NCBI GenBank assembly: GCA_038134595.1
Contig: JAYPVM010000002.1
Span: 1 to 64,000, forward strand
Direction: 5' to 3'
From: Pseudomonadota bacterium
GTDB lineage: Bacteria; Bdellovibrionota_C; UBA2361; OMII01
DNA length: 64,000 nt
Below are positions 54,902 to 64,000 of the stretch, one piece after another (position 1 is the first letter of the stretch; each line of letters starts with the position of its first letter). The position numbers were made by a program, and so were the translations under genes. The notes beneath the pieces are model-generated. The model was given only the letters and a program-made list of their open reading frames with translations. It did not search any database and was not told the origin of the DNA.

Positions 54902-55603
54902 ATGAATGCCGAGTTAACATCCCCCCGTTTTGATTCACGGATAGTCGCTGGGGCCGTGCTTGCCAAGCTGGTAAGTCAACAGAACTTTAAGGCTGAGGTG
55001 GTCGTAATAGGGCTAACGAGAGGGGGGATGCCTGTTGCCCAACAGGTGGCCAGGCAGTTAGACCTTCCGGTTCATCCGTTGGTGGTTCGAAAGATAGGCG
55101 CGCCCCTTAATCCGGAATTAGCTTGTGGAGCCATCGCATCTGGTGGGGTAGTTGTTTGGAATGAATCAATCTGCGCCAATATTGGTTTATCTTCAAAGGA
55201 GAGAGAGACTCTACGGAAGCAAGCTTTAGCTGACCTCGAAGAGCGGGCAAGCGAAATCGGAGCGAGCTTGACGTCGATTGAGCAGTTTCGGGATAAATCA
55301 ATTATTTTAGTTGATGATGGGATCGCGACCGGAGCTAGTATTAGAGTCGCTGTCAAAGCATTGTTGACATGTGGTCCCCGCGAGGTGTGCATCGCAGTTC
55401 CTATCGCCCCTAGGGGAGTCGTTCAAGATCTGAGCTCTATTCCCAAGTGCAGTGTTCTCTGCGTTCATCAAGTAGACGATCTGGAGTTTGGAAGCGTCGG
55501 CCAGTGGTACAAAGATTTCACCCAAGTGGAGAGTAAAACGTGTCGTGAGATCGCACGCTCTCACCCACAAGCTCCCGAAAGCTATGTACCTGAGGCTCTT
55601 TGA
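54902..55603 (+). CDS. Phosphoribosyltransferase family protein
   Basis: RGGMPVA, RKIGAP.NPELA.GA, PRPP motif ILVDDGIATGAS, VGQWY.DF. Confidence 0.9.
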   Translation: MNAELTSPRFDSRIVAGAVLAKLVSQQNFKAEVVVIGLTRGGMPVAQQVARQLDLPVHPLVVRKIGAPLNPELACGAIASGGVVVWNESICANIGLSSKERETLRKQALADLEERASEIGASLTSIEQFRDKSIILVDDGIATGASIRVAVKALLTCGPREVCIAVPIAPRGVVQDLSSIPKCSVLCVHQVDDLEFGSVGQWYKDFTQVESKTCREIARSHPQAPESYVPEAL

Positions 55604-55646
55604 AAGGGGTGAAAGTCATCGCCACAGGATAAGCGGCCAAAACTTT

Positions 55647-58385
55647 TTATGACTGCGCCTCTTGCCAATTGTATCCTTTGCCTGCGTCGACCTTTAATGG
55701 CACCGAGAGTTTCATGACAGATTCCATGCACGAGGCGATATCTGAAACAAGTTGTTGATTCGAGCCTTCACCCTTGTCGACTGCTTCAATCAGAAGCTCA
55801 TCATGGATTTGCAGAACAAGTTTCGCATCGGGATATTTACTCGTCAGTAGCTTATCGACATCGATCATTGCTAGTTTTATAACGTCAGCAGCCGATCCTT
55901 GTAGGGGAGCATTTATTGCAGCTCGCATGGCAAAGCCCTGGTCTCGTCCCGATGTATTTAAAGAGCCCATAAATCGTTTTCTGCCAAAAATAGTTTCGAC
56001 CTCTCCGCTTGTGAGAGCCACTTCTTCGATTCCTGAAAAATAGGTTTTGACCTTTGGGTATCGAGCGAAGTAACTGGAGATATAGGCACTTGCCTCACCA
56101 ACAGGAATACCGAGATCCTTTGCAAGTCGAAATTGCCCCATACCGTATACGATACCGAAGTTAATAGTCTTGCCAATTCTGCGCATCTCACTGGTGAGCT
56201 CTTCGTCAGAGGATAATCCTAGGATCTCTCGTGCTGTGCTCGCGTGTATGTCTTGGTCGGCATTAAAGGCGGCGATAAGATTTTCATCGCCACTTAAATG
56301 AGCTAGTAATCGTAGCTCTATCTGAGAATAATCAGCGCTTATGTAAAAGTTGCCTTGCTCAGGAATAAAAGCCGTTCGTATGCGACGTCCTGCCGCGCTC
56401 TGCACTGGTATGTTCTGTAGGTTCGGGTCAGAGCTCGAAAGGCGTCCCGTACCGGTGATGGTTTGATTGAGTCGAGTGTGAATGCGATTAGTTTTTGGGT
56501 TGATTTGTTGTCTTAGCGCATCTGTATATGTCGACTTTAATTTGTGTAGGCTTCTATATTCAAGAATAAGTGCAGGAAGGGTGTGGGATTCAGCAAGCTT
56601 CTCAAGAACAGAGGAGTTCGTTGAGAGGCCTGTTTTTGTTTTCTTTACTCCCTTAGTCGGAATCCCCAATCTGTTGAAGAGAACGTCTGCTAATTGCTTG
56701 GGTGAGTTGATATTAAAGGGGCCACCCGCTTCTTTAGTAATTTGAGTCTCAAGAGAGGCTAGCTGCTCAGCAAATTCAGACGACATGTCGCGCAACGCGA
56801 CCTCATCGACTTTGACTCCAGCGCATTCCATTTTGGAAAGAATTGGAATAAGAGGCACTTCTAGTTCGCTGAATACTCGCAATAGGCCGCGCTCCTCAAT
56901 CAGAGGGAGAAGCATTTCCTTTAGAAGCCACGCGTAATGAGCATCCTGTGCCGCATAATTGGTTGCATCTTCGATAGAGACAGCGGCAAAGCTATCTTTG
57001 TCCTGCGTCACCTCGTCGTATTCGATTACTGAGCGGTTGAGGAAGTCTGCCGCGAGAGCGGTTAGATTGAAGTTCCTGCCATCTGGATTGAGTAGGTATG
57101 CGGCGACCATTGAATCAAACGTAACGCCTTGGACTGATATTCCATTCTGCTCTAAAACACTGATGTCATATTTGATGTTTTGACCGCACTTGGCGACATC
57201 AGGGTTGGTAAAGATCTCTCTCATACTTGAGGAGAATTTTTGCCACGTCACTTGGTTCTCTCCCGTTAGATGATTGCAAGGGATATAGTAGGCTTCGTCT
57301 TGATTCCAACAAAAAGAGGCGCCAACTACCGTAGCTTGGTGGACATCGAGGGACGTTGTTTCTAAATCAAATGCAAATTCTCGCTGGCCTTTGATAGTCG
57401 ATACCCACGAGTCAAAATCGTCTGCATAGATGGTCCTATACGAAGCGCTTTCAGCCGAGGAATTGCGGCTCGCCTTGGAGAGGATAGAGGATAACTCTTT
57501 GAAGAGAGATTGAAATTCGAATTTATCAAACAGCTCACTTAGATGATCGGCATCAATATCTCGGCGTGTTAGAAGAGAGTCGATGTCGTCAGTCCCTTCG
57601 GCAAAGGTTTCAAGCGGGACATCGGAAGCGACCTCTACTAATTTTCTGGCAAGTCGCAGTCTGTCGAGATTGTCGGCTATGTTTTGACTTATTTTTGCCC
57701 GATTTCTGATCGACTTATCATCTTTGATTGTGTCTAAGGCAGAGATTACTCCCTCAACGGTGGTGTATTTTTGCACGAGTTGAGCTGCGGTTTTTGGCCC
57801 TACGCCATCCACACCGGGGATATTGTCAGATGCGTCACCGGTCAGTGCGAGGATTTCTGTGACTTGCTCGGGAGTGACACCGAATTTTTCAACTACCTGA
57901 TCAGGGCCGTAATGCTTGTCCTTCATTGTGTCCCAGATGGCGACACTATCTGAAACTAACTGCATGAGATCTTTGTCGCCCGATACGATGACAACAGGAT
58001 TGTTTTCTTCGGATAACTTCGCCGTAAGGGTCGCAATAATATCATCAGCCTCATATCCTGGGCATTGAAGGACGGGCAGCCCTAGTGCTTGCGAGATGTC
58101 TCGAAAGTAGGGCATCTGCTGAGCGAGCTCGGGGGGACATTCGTCTCGATTCGCCTTGTATTCTGGATAAAGATCGTTGCGAAATGTTTTTTTGCCAGCA
58201 TCGAATATCATGGCAACTCGAGATGAATTTGCCGCCGCTAGAGTTTTGAGAGTCATTTTAATAAAGCCGTAGAGGGCGTTAGTTGGGAACCCCTCTTTGG
58301 TAGAGAGTGATTGGATGGCATAGAAAGCTCTAAAGATGTAGCCGGAGCCGTCTATAAGGTAGGTAGTGTGCTGTTCTGTCGTCAT
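55647..58385 (-). CDS. polA: DNA polymerase I
   Basis: 5'-3' exo (LIDGS, EADD, GDKD, GD.SDNIPG), intact 3'-5' exo (FDLET, NIKYD, YAAQDA), polymerase motifs DYSQIELR, K.INFGIVYG, QIHDEL. Confidence 0.98.
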   Translation of the reverse strand: MTTEQHTTYLIDGSGYIFRAFYAIQSLSTKEGFPTNALYGFIKMTLKTLAAANSSRVAMIFDAGKKTFRNDLYPEYKANRDECPPELAQQMPYFRDISQALGLPVLQCPGYEADDIIATLTAKLSEENNPVVIVSGDKDLMQLVSDSVAIWDTMKDKHYGPDQVVEKFGVTPEQVTEILALTGDASDNIPGVDGVGPKTAAQLVQKYTTVEGVISALDTIKDDKSIRNRAKISQNIADNLDRLRLARKLVEVASDVPLETFAEGTDDIDSLLTRRDIDADHLSELFDKFEFQSLFKELSSILSKASRNSSAESASYRTIYADDFDSWVSTIKGQREFAFDLETTSLDVHQATVVGASFCWNQDEAYYIPCNHLTGENQVTWQKFSSSMREIFTNPDVAKCGQNIKYDISVLEQNGISVQGVTFDSMVAAYLLNPDGRNFNLTALAADFLNRSVIEYDEVTQDKDSFAAVSIEDATNYAAQDAHYAWLLKEMLLPLIEERGLLRVFSELEVPLIPILSKMECAGVKVDEVALRDMSSEFAEQLASLETQITKEAGGPFNINSPKQLADVLFNRLGIPTKGVKKTKTGLSTNSSVLEKLAESHTLPALILEYRSLHKLKSTYTDALRQQINPKTNRIHTRLNQTITGTGRLSSSDPNLQNIPVQSAAGRRIRTAFIPEQGNFYISADYSQIELRLLAHLSGDENLIAAFNADQDIHASTAREILGLSSDEELTSEMRRIGKTINFGIVYGMGQFRLAKDLGIPVGEASAYISSYFARYPKVKTYFSGIEEVALTSGEVETIFGRKRFMGSLNTSGRDQGFAMRAAINAPLQGSAADVIKLAMIDVDKLLTSKYPDAKLVLQIHDELLIEAVDKGEGSNQQLVSDIASCMESVMKLSVPLKVDAGKGYNWQEAQS

Positions 58386-58554
58386 TGCCGGAGGTTACGA
58401 ACCTACGCGGTCAGAGTCAATAAAGATATGCGGTGTCGACTATGAAGTGCATCGATAACCTCCGCTGCTGCTCACTAAACAGCGGCGCAGAACTCGCTGT
58501 TGAATGATACCTGGTGAGTCCGTGTTGATAAGAAGATAAGGGGAGGATTGTAAT

Positions 58555-58588
58555 TGCAGATGAGGCATTTTTAAAAACCTCATCTGCA
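58555..58588 (-). terminator. 11-bp perfect hairpin after the zf-HC2 gene (likely terminator)
   Basis: TGCAGATGAGG-N12-CCTCATCTGCA. Confidence 0.55.
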
Positions 58589-58609
58589 CGCTTTCTTTTG
58601 AAATGGCTT

Positions 58610-58915
58610 TTATGCAATCAGAGGAAGATTGATTCCAAGGCGGTCATTGAGAGCTTTCCGTAATCTGTTTTGCACCGCGATTGGAAGAGGTTTATCTTCT
58701 TTGCCGAGTGTTGCCGCTGAGTCAACCACATGCTTATAGGAAGCGTAAAAAGACGCGCAGGCCGAACAGTCGTCAAGATGATTCTCTATCGCTACTTTTT
58801 GCTCTAATGGAAGATCCTTGTCGACAAAGTCCCCAAGGTGAGCAACGACGTCCTCGCAATTAAAGAGTTGGCAGTGAGGATTCTGAGTTTGCAAAGGATA
58901 AAGTCTTTCGTTCAT
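58610..58915 (-). CDS. Soluble zf-HC2 (ZAS) anti-sigma-like protein
   Basis: NCEDV...L.DFVD.DL...HLDDCSAC (HxxxCxxC). Confidence 0.82.
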   Translation of the reverse strand: MNERLYPLQTQNPHCQLFNCEDVVAHLGDFVDKDLPLEQKVAIENHLDDCSACASFYASYKHVVDSAATLGKEDKPLPIAVQNRLRKALNDRLGINLPLIA

Positions 58916-59207
58916 TCTGGATGCCCTATAAAAAATACACCGATCATGTTTGCTAGGAGAGCGTACCCAAACCTTGGTAGTAACCTTATCTTCCCTGTTC
59001 TACACACTGATATCACAACGGATACTGCAGAGAACTACTATGAACCAACCTGTAAGCTGTCACTTGGTACGTCTCGTGACCTTCTAAGTATATTTGATTC
59101 ACAAGGGATAAAATCGATGCAAATTTGTTACAAAATTTTAAAAAAATTATGACAATTCTTATATATCTAGTTATTCTAGCCACTTGGCTGGGCGCGCGAG
59201 CCTAAGT

Positions 59208-59897
59208 TTAGGCCACAAATTTATACCCGACACCGTGCACCGTTAGAATATGACGTGGCGTATCGATGTTTGCCTCGATTTTTTGTCGTAGTCTAGCTAT
59301 GTGATTGTCTACCGTGCGTGTCGTAGGATAGGAGTTATATCCCCATACCTCGTCAAGTAGCTCATCTCTTGTGACCACGTTACCCTGTTTTGAAATAAGG
59401 TAGCGTAAAAGCCTGTATTCGCGAGCGGATAGGTCAATCGGATCGTTGTTTCGGTGTGCTCGATAGGCTTTGAAGTCTACTACTACGTCTGAAAATTGAA
59501 TTTGGTCAATATTTGCAGTACGTTGGATTCTTCTAAGCAACGCTTTAACGCGAGCGATGAGTTCGAGCATTCCAAAAGGTTTTCCAAGATAATCATCTGC
59601 ACCTAAATCTAGCCCGAGCACTTTATCTACTTCGCTGTTGCGAGCTGTTAACAGAATCAATGGGGTGGAGATGCCCTTTATACGGAGCTCCCGACACGTT
59701 TGAAGCCCGTCTTTCTTGGGCATCATCACGTCCATAATGATAAGATCTGGCTTGTGATTGTTGACTATCTCAATACCCGCTTCCCCGTCTTCGGCCGTAA
59801 TAACTTGGAATCCTTCAAGTTCTAAGTTCATGACTAGACTCTTGCGCACTAGTTCTTCGTCTTCGATGACGGCTATCGTAAATCCTTGTCCGTACAT
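59208..59897 (-). CDS. OmpR/PhoB-family response regulator (no adjacent kinase)
   Basis: IEDE, DLIIMDVMMP, LTAR, GADDYLGKPF, winged HTH TRTVDNHIARLRQK, GVGYKF. Confidence 0.95.
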   Translation of the reverse strand: MYGQGFTIAVIEDEELVRKSLVMNLELEGFQVITAEDGEAGIEIVNNHKPDLIIMDVMMPKKDGLQTCRELRIKGISTPLILLTARNSEVDKVLGLDLGADDYLGKPFGMLELIARVKALLRRIQRTANIDQIQFSDVVVDFKAYRAHRNNDPIDLSAREYRLLRYLISKQGNVVTRDELLDEVWGYNSYPTTRTVDNHIARLRQKIEANIDTPRHILTVHGVGYKFVA

Positions 59898-60264
59898 TCC
59901 TTCCTTTTCCTCGTTGCCTTGAAACTTGGGGGTAAAAAGAGTTCTTGTCCTCTTTGATCTACTGTATCGCAGATGAGGTCCCTAACATAATGTAAGTCCT
60001 TATCCCGCACACTTGCTTTTCAGGGGCTAGATCTGTATCTTTCCCTGACTGTGTGCTAGACTTTATTACTTTCAGGTGGTTACTGCCAAGAGGAATCTCT
60101 CAAGTTTTGGCGAGAAAATTATCTGGGTACATGAAGTTGGCGATTATGGATTGCGACAGAATGCGTTCCATTAGCAGAATGAGCCCCCAAGGAATCAATA
60201 ACAATGTAGATGGGTTCCGGTTTATTTTTACTGTGCGTAAGCGATAGTTAGTGTGGTTAGTGTT

Positions 60265-60636
60265 ATGACAAAGAGTAGTGATTCTTCAGAGAAGAAAACA
60301 ACGGAGCCTCAAGCTTTTGCGGTGGTTCGAACGTGTGGAAAGCAGTTTCGAGTTATTCCGGGCATGAAGATTTCCATCGATCAGCAGGAAGGGAATCCGG
60401 GCGACACCGTAACGTTTACAGACGTTGTTATGGCCGGTACTACTGGAGGAAGCGATGTTAAGGTGCTCGGCGGCGAAGACAAGTCGTTAGGTGTCACGGT
60501 GACCGGAAAGCTAGTCGGACACAAGAAAGACAAGAAGGTAATTATCTTTAAGAAGCGTCTCAAGGGTGGATACACCAAGAAACAAGGGCACAGACAAGCT
60601 AAGAGTGAAGTTTTAATTGAGAGCGTAGCGTTATAA
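60265..60636 (+). CDS. rplU: 50S ribosomal protein L21
   Basis: [20 protein letters not shown]....Y.KKQGHRQ; precedes rpmA. Confidence 0.93.
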   Translation: MTKSSDSSEKKTTEPQAFAVVRTCGKQFRVIPGMKISIDQQEGNPGDTVTFTDVVMAGTTGGSDVKVLGGEDKSLGVTVTGKLVGHKKDKKVIIFKKRLKGGYTKKQGHRQAKSEVLIESVAL

Positions 60637-60695
60637 TTGATGTTACGTAACAGATGCGAAAGAGTTCGATTTTAGACGGATAAAAGAGGCAAGTC

Positions 60696-60947
60696 ATGGC
60701 ACATAAGAAAGCGGTAGGTAGTACCAAGAACGGACGAGATAGTCGCGGTAAGCGATTGGGTGTTAAGAAGTACGGTGGAGAAGAGGTTCGTGCAGGTAAT
60801 ATTTTGGTGCGACAGCGGGGTAGTACATTCCATGCTGGTCCAAATGTAGGCACAGGCCGTGATTATACGTTGTTTGCGCTTGTTGATGGCGTTGTCGAAT
60901 TCAAGCAAGGCTTGCGCCAGTACATATGCGTTAAGCCAGCGGCGTAA
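60696..60947 (+). CDS. rpmA: 50S ribosomal protein L27
   Basis: [31 protein letters not shown]. Confidence 0.98.
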   Translation: MAHKKAVGSTKNGRDSRGKRLGVKKYGGEEVRAGNILVRQRGSTFHAGPNVGTGRDYTLFALVDGVVEFKQGLRQYICVKPAA

Positions 60948-60976
60948 CGTCGATACCTTTTTTGGTATTCAAAGAG

Positions 60977-61017
60977 GGAGTTGAGACTACATGTGATGTG
61001 CTCAACTCCTTTTTTTT
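60977..61017 (+). terminator. Intrinsic terminator between rpmA and obgE
   Basis: GGAGTTGAG-N15-CTCAACTCC followed by a T8 run. Confidence 0.75.
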
Positions 61018-61050
61018 GTTTCTTTATTTGATTGTTTGGCTACGGGTGCG

Positions 61051-62106
61051 ATGAAATTTATCGATGAAGCAGTAATTGAGGTGAAGGCAGGAAACGGTGG
61101 TGCCGGCTCTCGTCACTTTCGTCGTGAGAAGTACGTCCCCATGGGAGGGCCTGATGGCGGAAATGGGGGAAAGGGTGGCTCCATTATTCTTCGCGCCGAT
61201 GCCAATGTTCACACCTTACTTGATTTGAAGTTTAAGCCGATGTGGCAGGCTAAGCATGGCGAATCGGGCTCGGGCGGTCGAAAGGATGGAAGATCTGGCG
61301 ATGATATCATTGTCAAAGTGCCGGTAGGAACACAGGTGTTTCGGTATGACCAGGAAGAGCGTGCCGTTGGGGAGCTGGTAGTTGACCTAGAGAGCGCCGA
61401 CAGTGAATGTGTGATAGCGAAGGGCGGTCGCGGTGGTAGAGGAAATTGTTTCTTTAAATCTGCAACGAATCAAGCGCCCGATTATGCACAGCCTGGAGAA
61501 GAGGGTGAGGTTGGAGCGTTCCGACTCTCCCTTAAGCTTGTAGCCGATGTGGGATTGTTGGGATTGCCTAATGCGGGTAAATCAACGTTGATCTCACGGA
61601 TTTCTGCGGCCAAGCCAAAGATAGCTGAGTATCCATTCACGACACTGGTGCCAAACTTAGGGGTAGTGAAGGCAAAGGGCGGACGAAACTTTGTGGTGGC
61701 GGATATTCCTGGGTTAATACCCGGTGCAAGCGAAGGAAAGGGCCTTGGGATTCGCTTTTTAAAACATGTGGAACGGACCAAGATATTAGCCCATCTTCTT
61801 GACCTTTCTCAGCTTGACGATAGTGGAAATCCTGTGGCACTCGAAGGGGTGTTTGATGCGATTAATACAGAGCTTGCCTTGTTTGCTGAAGAGGTTGCCG
61901 CACGTCCTCAGGTGGTTGTGTTGTCAAAAGTGGATGCGGTCGCTTCGCCAGACCTAGCGGAACGTTACGTAGAATATTTCACGAAGCGGGGTTATCCAGT
62001 CATCGTGCTAAGCAGCGTCACGGGTCAAGGAATAGAGGAGCTTATCGAGGCTCTGGCTTCTAGCATATTTGACACCGTGAGATCTTCCTCCGAGGATTCT
62101 CTCTAA
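61051..62106 (+). CDS. obgE: GTPase Obg/CgtA
   Basis: FIDEA, FRREKYVP.GGPDGG, GLPNAGKS, YPFTT, DIPG, SKVD. Confidence 0.97.
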   Translation: MKFIDEAVIEVKAGNGGAGSRHFRREKYVPMGGPDGGNGGKGGSIILRADANVHTLLDLKFKPMWQAKHGESGSGGRKDGRSGDDIIVKVPVGTQVFRYDQEERAVGELVVDLESADSECVIAKGGRGGRGNCFFKSATNQAPDYAQPGEEGEVGAFRLSLKLVADVGLLGLPNAGKSTLISRISAAKPKIAEYPFTTLVPNLGVVKAKGGRNFVVADIPGLIPGASEGKGLGIRFLKHVERTKILAHLLDLSQLDDSGNPVALEGVFDAINTELALFAEEVAARPQVVVLSKVDAVASPDLAERYVEYFTKRGYPVIVLSSVTGQGIEELIEALASSIFDTVRSSSEDSL

Positions 62107-62219
62107 GGAATCTTCTGTCGAAGTAAGTCGTAGAGGGACGGGGGCTTTTGTTCGGTATTGCTTGATAAAACACATTTGAGATGTAGAGAGAGCTCTTCGG
62201 TTTGTGTTGAAAGATTCTT

Positions 62220-63317
62220 TTACAGCCCTAGTGCTCTTCTAGTCGCGGTGTTAGTGATCTCTCCGTTTTGACATGTTAGTGCAGATTCAAACTCTGGTGG
62301 TAGTGGTTTAGTGTTAGATAGCAAGTAGGCGAGTTTTTCGATGTAGGGAAGCGAGGTGTTCGCGAGTGCTAAAGTTGAAGTAAGTGGAGTTTGAGCGGGC
62401 ATATTGCATACGCCATAGTGAATTACGTCGTGGACGCAAAACGTTGGGTCATTCAAATTAGTTGGCCTGCTCGTTTCCGCGCATCCTCCTTGATCAATAC
62501 TAATGTCGACAAACACCGCACCCTTGCCCATTGAGCGGATGTGTTCGTGGGTGATTAAACGAGGGGTTGCTGCGCCCGGTACTAATACGGCACCGATGAG
62601 CAGGTCTGCCCCTTTGCACGCGTTGGCGATGCTCTCTGGAGTGGAGATGGTTGCGGTTACCTTGCTTCCGTGGACTGCCTTTAGAGCGTCTAATTTTGCG
62701 CTATCGATATCGAGCATCTCAACACCTGCGCCAAGACCTACTGCCATTGAACACGCCGCTATCCCTGCAATGCCAGCGCCCAAGATGACAACCCGTGCGG
62801 GCGGAGCGCTACCGGCGCCTCCTAATAGAATGCCCCGCCCCCCGTTCTGACTAAGGAGATAGTAGGCACCATTAATAACCGACAACTTGCCTGCAACTTC
62901 ACTCATTGGTTCAAGGAGTGGTAACCGCCTGTCGGGTAGGGTAAGGTTTTCGTATGCAAACGCTGTTACGCCTGAGTCTGCTAGAGAGCGAGCAACCGAT
63001 GGTAGACTTGCTAAGTGTAAAAAACAGAAGAGAGAAAGATCTGACCTGAAGAATTTAAACTCAGCGGGATCTGGCTCCTTTACCTTCACGAGAAGCTCAG
63101 CGACACCCCATGTCTGCTCGAGTGTAGAAAGGATGGCGCAACCAGCCAAGCGGTATTCCTCATCAGAGAAATGCGAGCCTATTCCAGCGTTAGTTTCCAC
63201 GTAGACCTCGTGGCCAGCGGCGACTAGTTTCGCCGCACCTTGTGGTGTAAGAGCAACACGTTGCTCTAGAGTTTTTCGCTCTCGGGGAACAGCTATTCTC
63301 ATCTCGGTTCCTGTCAT
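62220..63317 (-). CDS. ald: Alanine dehydrogenase
   Basis: EQRVALTP, KVKEP, FLHLA, PMSEVAG, GAVLVPGA, DISIDQGGC.ETS, NMPA. Confidence 0.95.
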   Translation of the reverse strand: MTGTEMRIAVPRERKTLEQRVALTPQGAAKLVAAGHEVYVETNAGIGSHFSDEEYRLAGCAILSTLEQTWGVAELLVKVKEPDPAEFKFFRSDLSLFCFLHLASLPSVARSLADSGVTAFAYENLTLPDRRLPLLEPMSEVAGKLSVINGAYYLLSQNGGRGILLGGAGSAPPARVVILGAGIAGIAACSMAVGLGAGVEMLDIDSAKLDALKAVHGSKVTATISTPESIANACKGADLLIGAVLVPGAATPRLITHEHIRSMGKGAVFVDISIDQGGCAETSRPTNLNDPTFCVHDVIHYGVCNMPAQTPLTSTLALANTSLPYIEKLAYLLSNTKPLPPEFESALTCQNGEITNTATRRALGL

Positions 63318-63496
63318 TGTGGAGGTTCGACGTCGTCCCTATAAGTTTACGGTATTCCGTGGCTCTCAGGACAGATAAAAAAATAAGAGGATTTCCTACT
63401 CGTACGCGAGTCTCCAGTTTACTTGCGCTTGAGCCTCTACTATAACGGGTTTCAAGAGCAGTTTAGCTCTAGTATGTCAGATCAATTGGGTGCTCG

Positions 63497-64000
63497 ATGA
63501 AAACCACTCCTCAACTCCTAGATGGCAAGCGGTTAGCAAGCCTGGTAGCAGAAGGCCTTTGTAAGACAACGACTGCCTGTCAAGAACGTTTCGGCAGGCG
63601 ACCGAAGCTGGCAGTTATACTTGTCGGAGATGATCCAGCCTCAAAGACGTATGTTGCGGCCAAGCATCGGTTTGCAAAAAAATGTGGCGTGGAGACCGTT
63701 GATCTGACTCTACCTACTTCGGTGTCGGGTGAGGAGCTTACGAGCACGATAGAAAGGTGTAATGCAGATGACACGATTGATGGGATTCTTCTGCAGTTGC
63801 CTTTACCGAAACCTCTGGATGGCGCACATTTTACCCGTCTTATTGAGCCATCAAAGGATGCAGATGGGTTGCATCCTTTGAATCAGGGGCTTCTGTTGCA
63901 GGGGCTTTCAGCACCGAGATCATGTACGCCACTTGGAGTGATGAAGCTCATTGATGTCGCGTTATCTGGAATGTCGCTGTCGGATGATTGTGAGGTGTCG
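63497..64000 (+). CDS. folD: Bifunctional methylenetetrahydrofolate dehydrogenase/cyclohydrolase FolD (runs off the window)
   Basis: Hand translation MKTTPQLLDGKRLA...PKLAVILVGDDPASKTYVAAK...IDGILLQLPLP...KDADGLHP.N.G...CTPLGV. Confidence 0.95.
   Translation, partial: MKTTPQLLDGKRLASLVAEGLCKTTTACQERFGRRPKLAVILVGDDPASKTYVAAKHRFAKKCGVETVDLTLPTSVSGEELTSTIERCNADDTIDGILLQLPLPKPLDGAHFTRLIEPSKDADGLHPLNQGLLLQGLSAPRSCTPLGVMKLIDVALSGMSLSDDCEVS

Noticed and set aside
721..63774. Numerous 60-175 aa ORFs antisense to or nested in the called genes
   Set aside because: Shadow frames of well-supported genes with no motifs of their own.

Overview
Ordinary bacterial chromosomal segment. Protein styles suggest a deltaproteobacteria-like lineage (Bdellovibrionota/Myxococcota-related); this is inference only. 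Housekeeping content: pheST, tig-clpP-clpX-lon, tRNA-Leu(TAG), tRNA-Val(TAC), motAB, gpmI, minCDE, pgpA, pyrF, an RNB exonuclease, an ECF sigma/anti-sigma set, polA, rplU-rpmA-obgE, ald and a partial folD. The standout is a co-oriented ~15 kb locus at 6245-21212. It holds a PP2C phosphatase, an acidic FHA protein, a Ser/Thr kinase, TadZ/CpaE, two Flp pilins (one missed by the ORF track), CpaB and TadA/B/C. Twelve bp after tadC comes a lone type III secretion export-gate gene with SctV-type residues, then a membrane pseudokinase and a CxxS thioredoxin lipoprotein. This looks like a phospho-regulated Tad pilus/T3SS hybrid operon, recalling the cooperating Kil and T3SS* prey-killing machines of Myxococcus. 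Other signals: sigma28-like promoters shared by this locus and motAB; a sigma54 promoter plus a CsrA-type hairpin before an orphan gene upstream of motAB; an 18-bp motif shared upstream of tig and lon; and an internally duplicated (A-A-B-B) 740-aa orphan next to tRNA-Val. No CRISPR array, rRNA, integrase or transposase was seen. All calls come from reading motifs by eye; no database searches were run.
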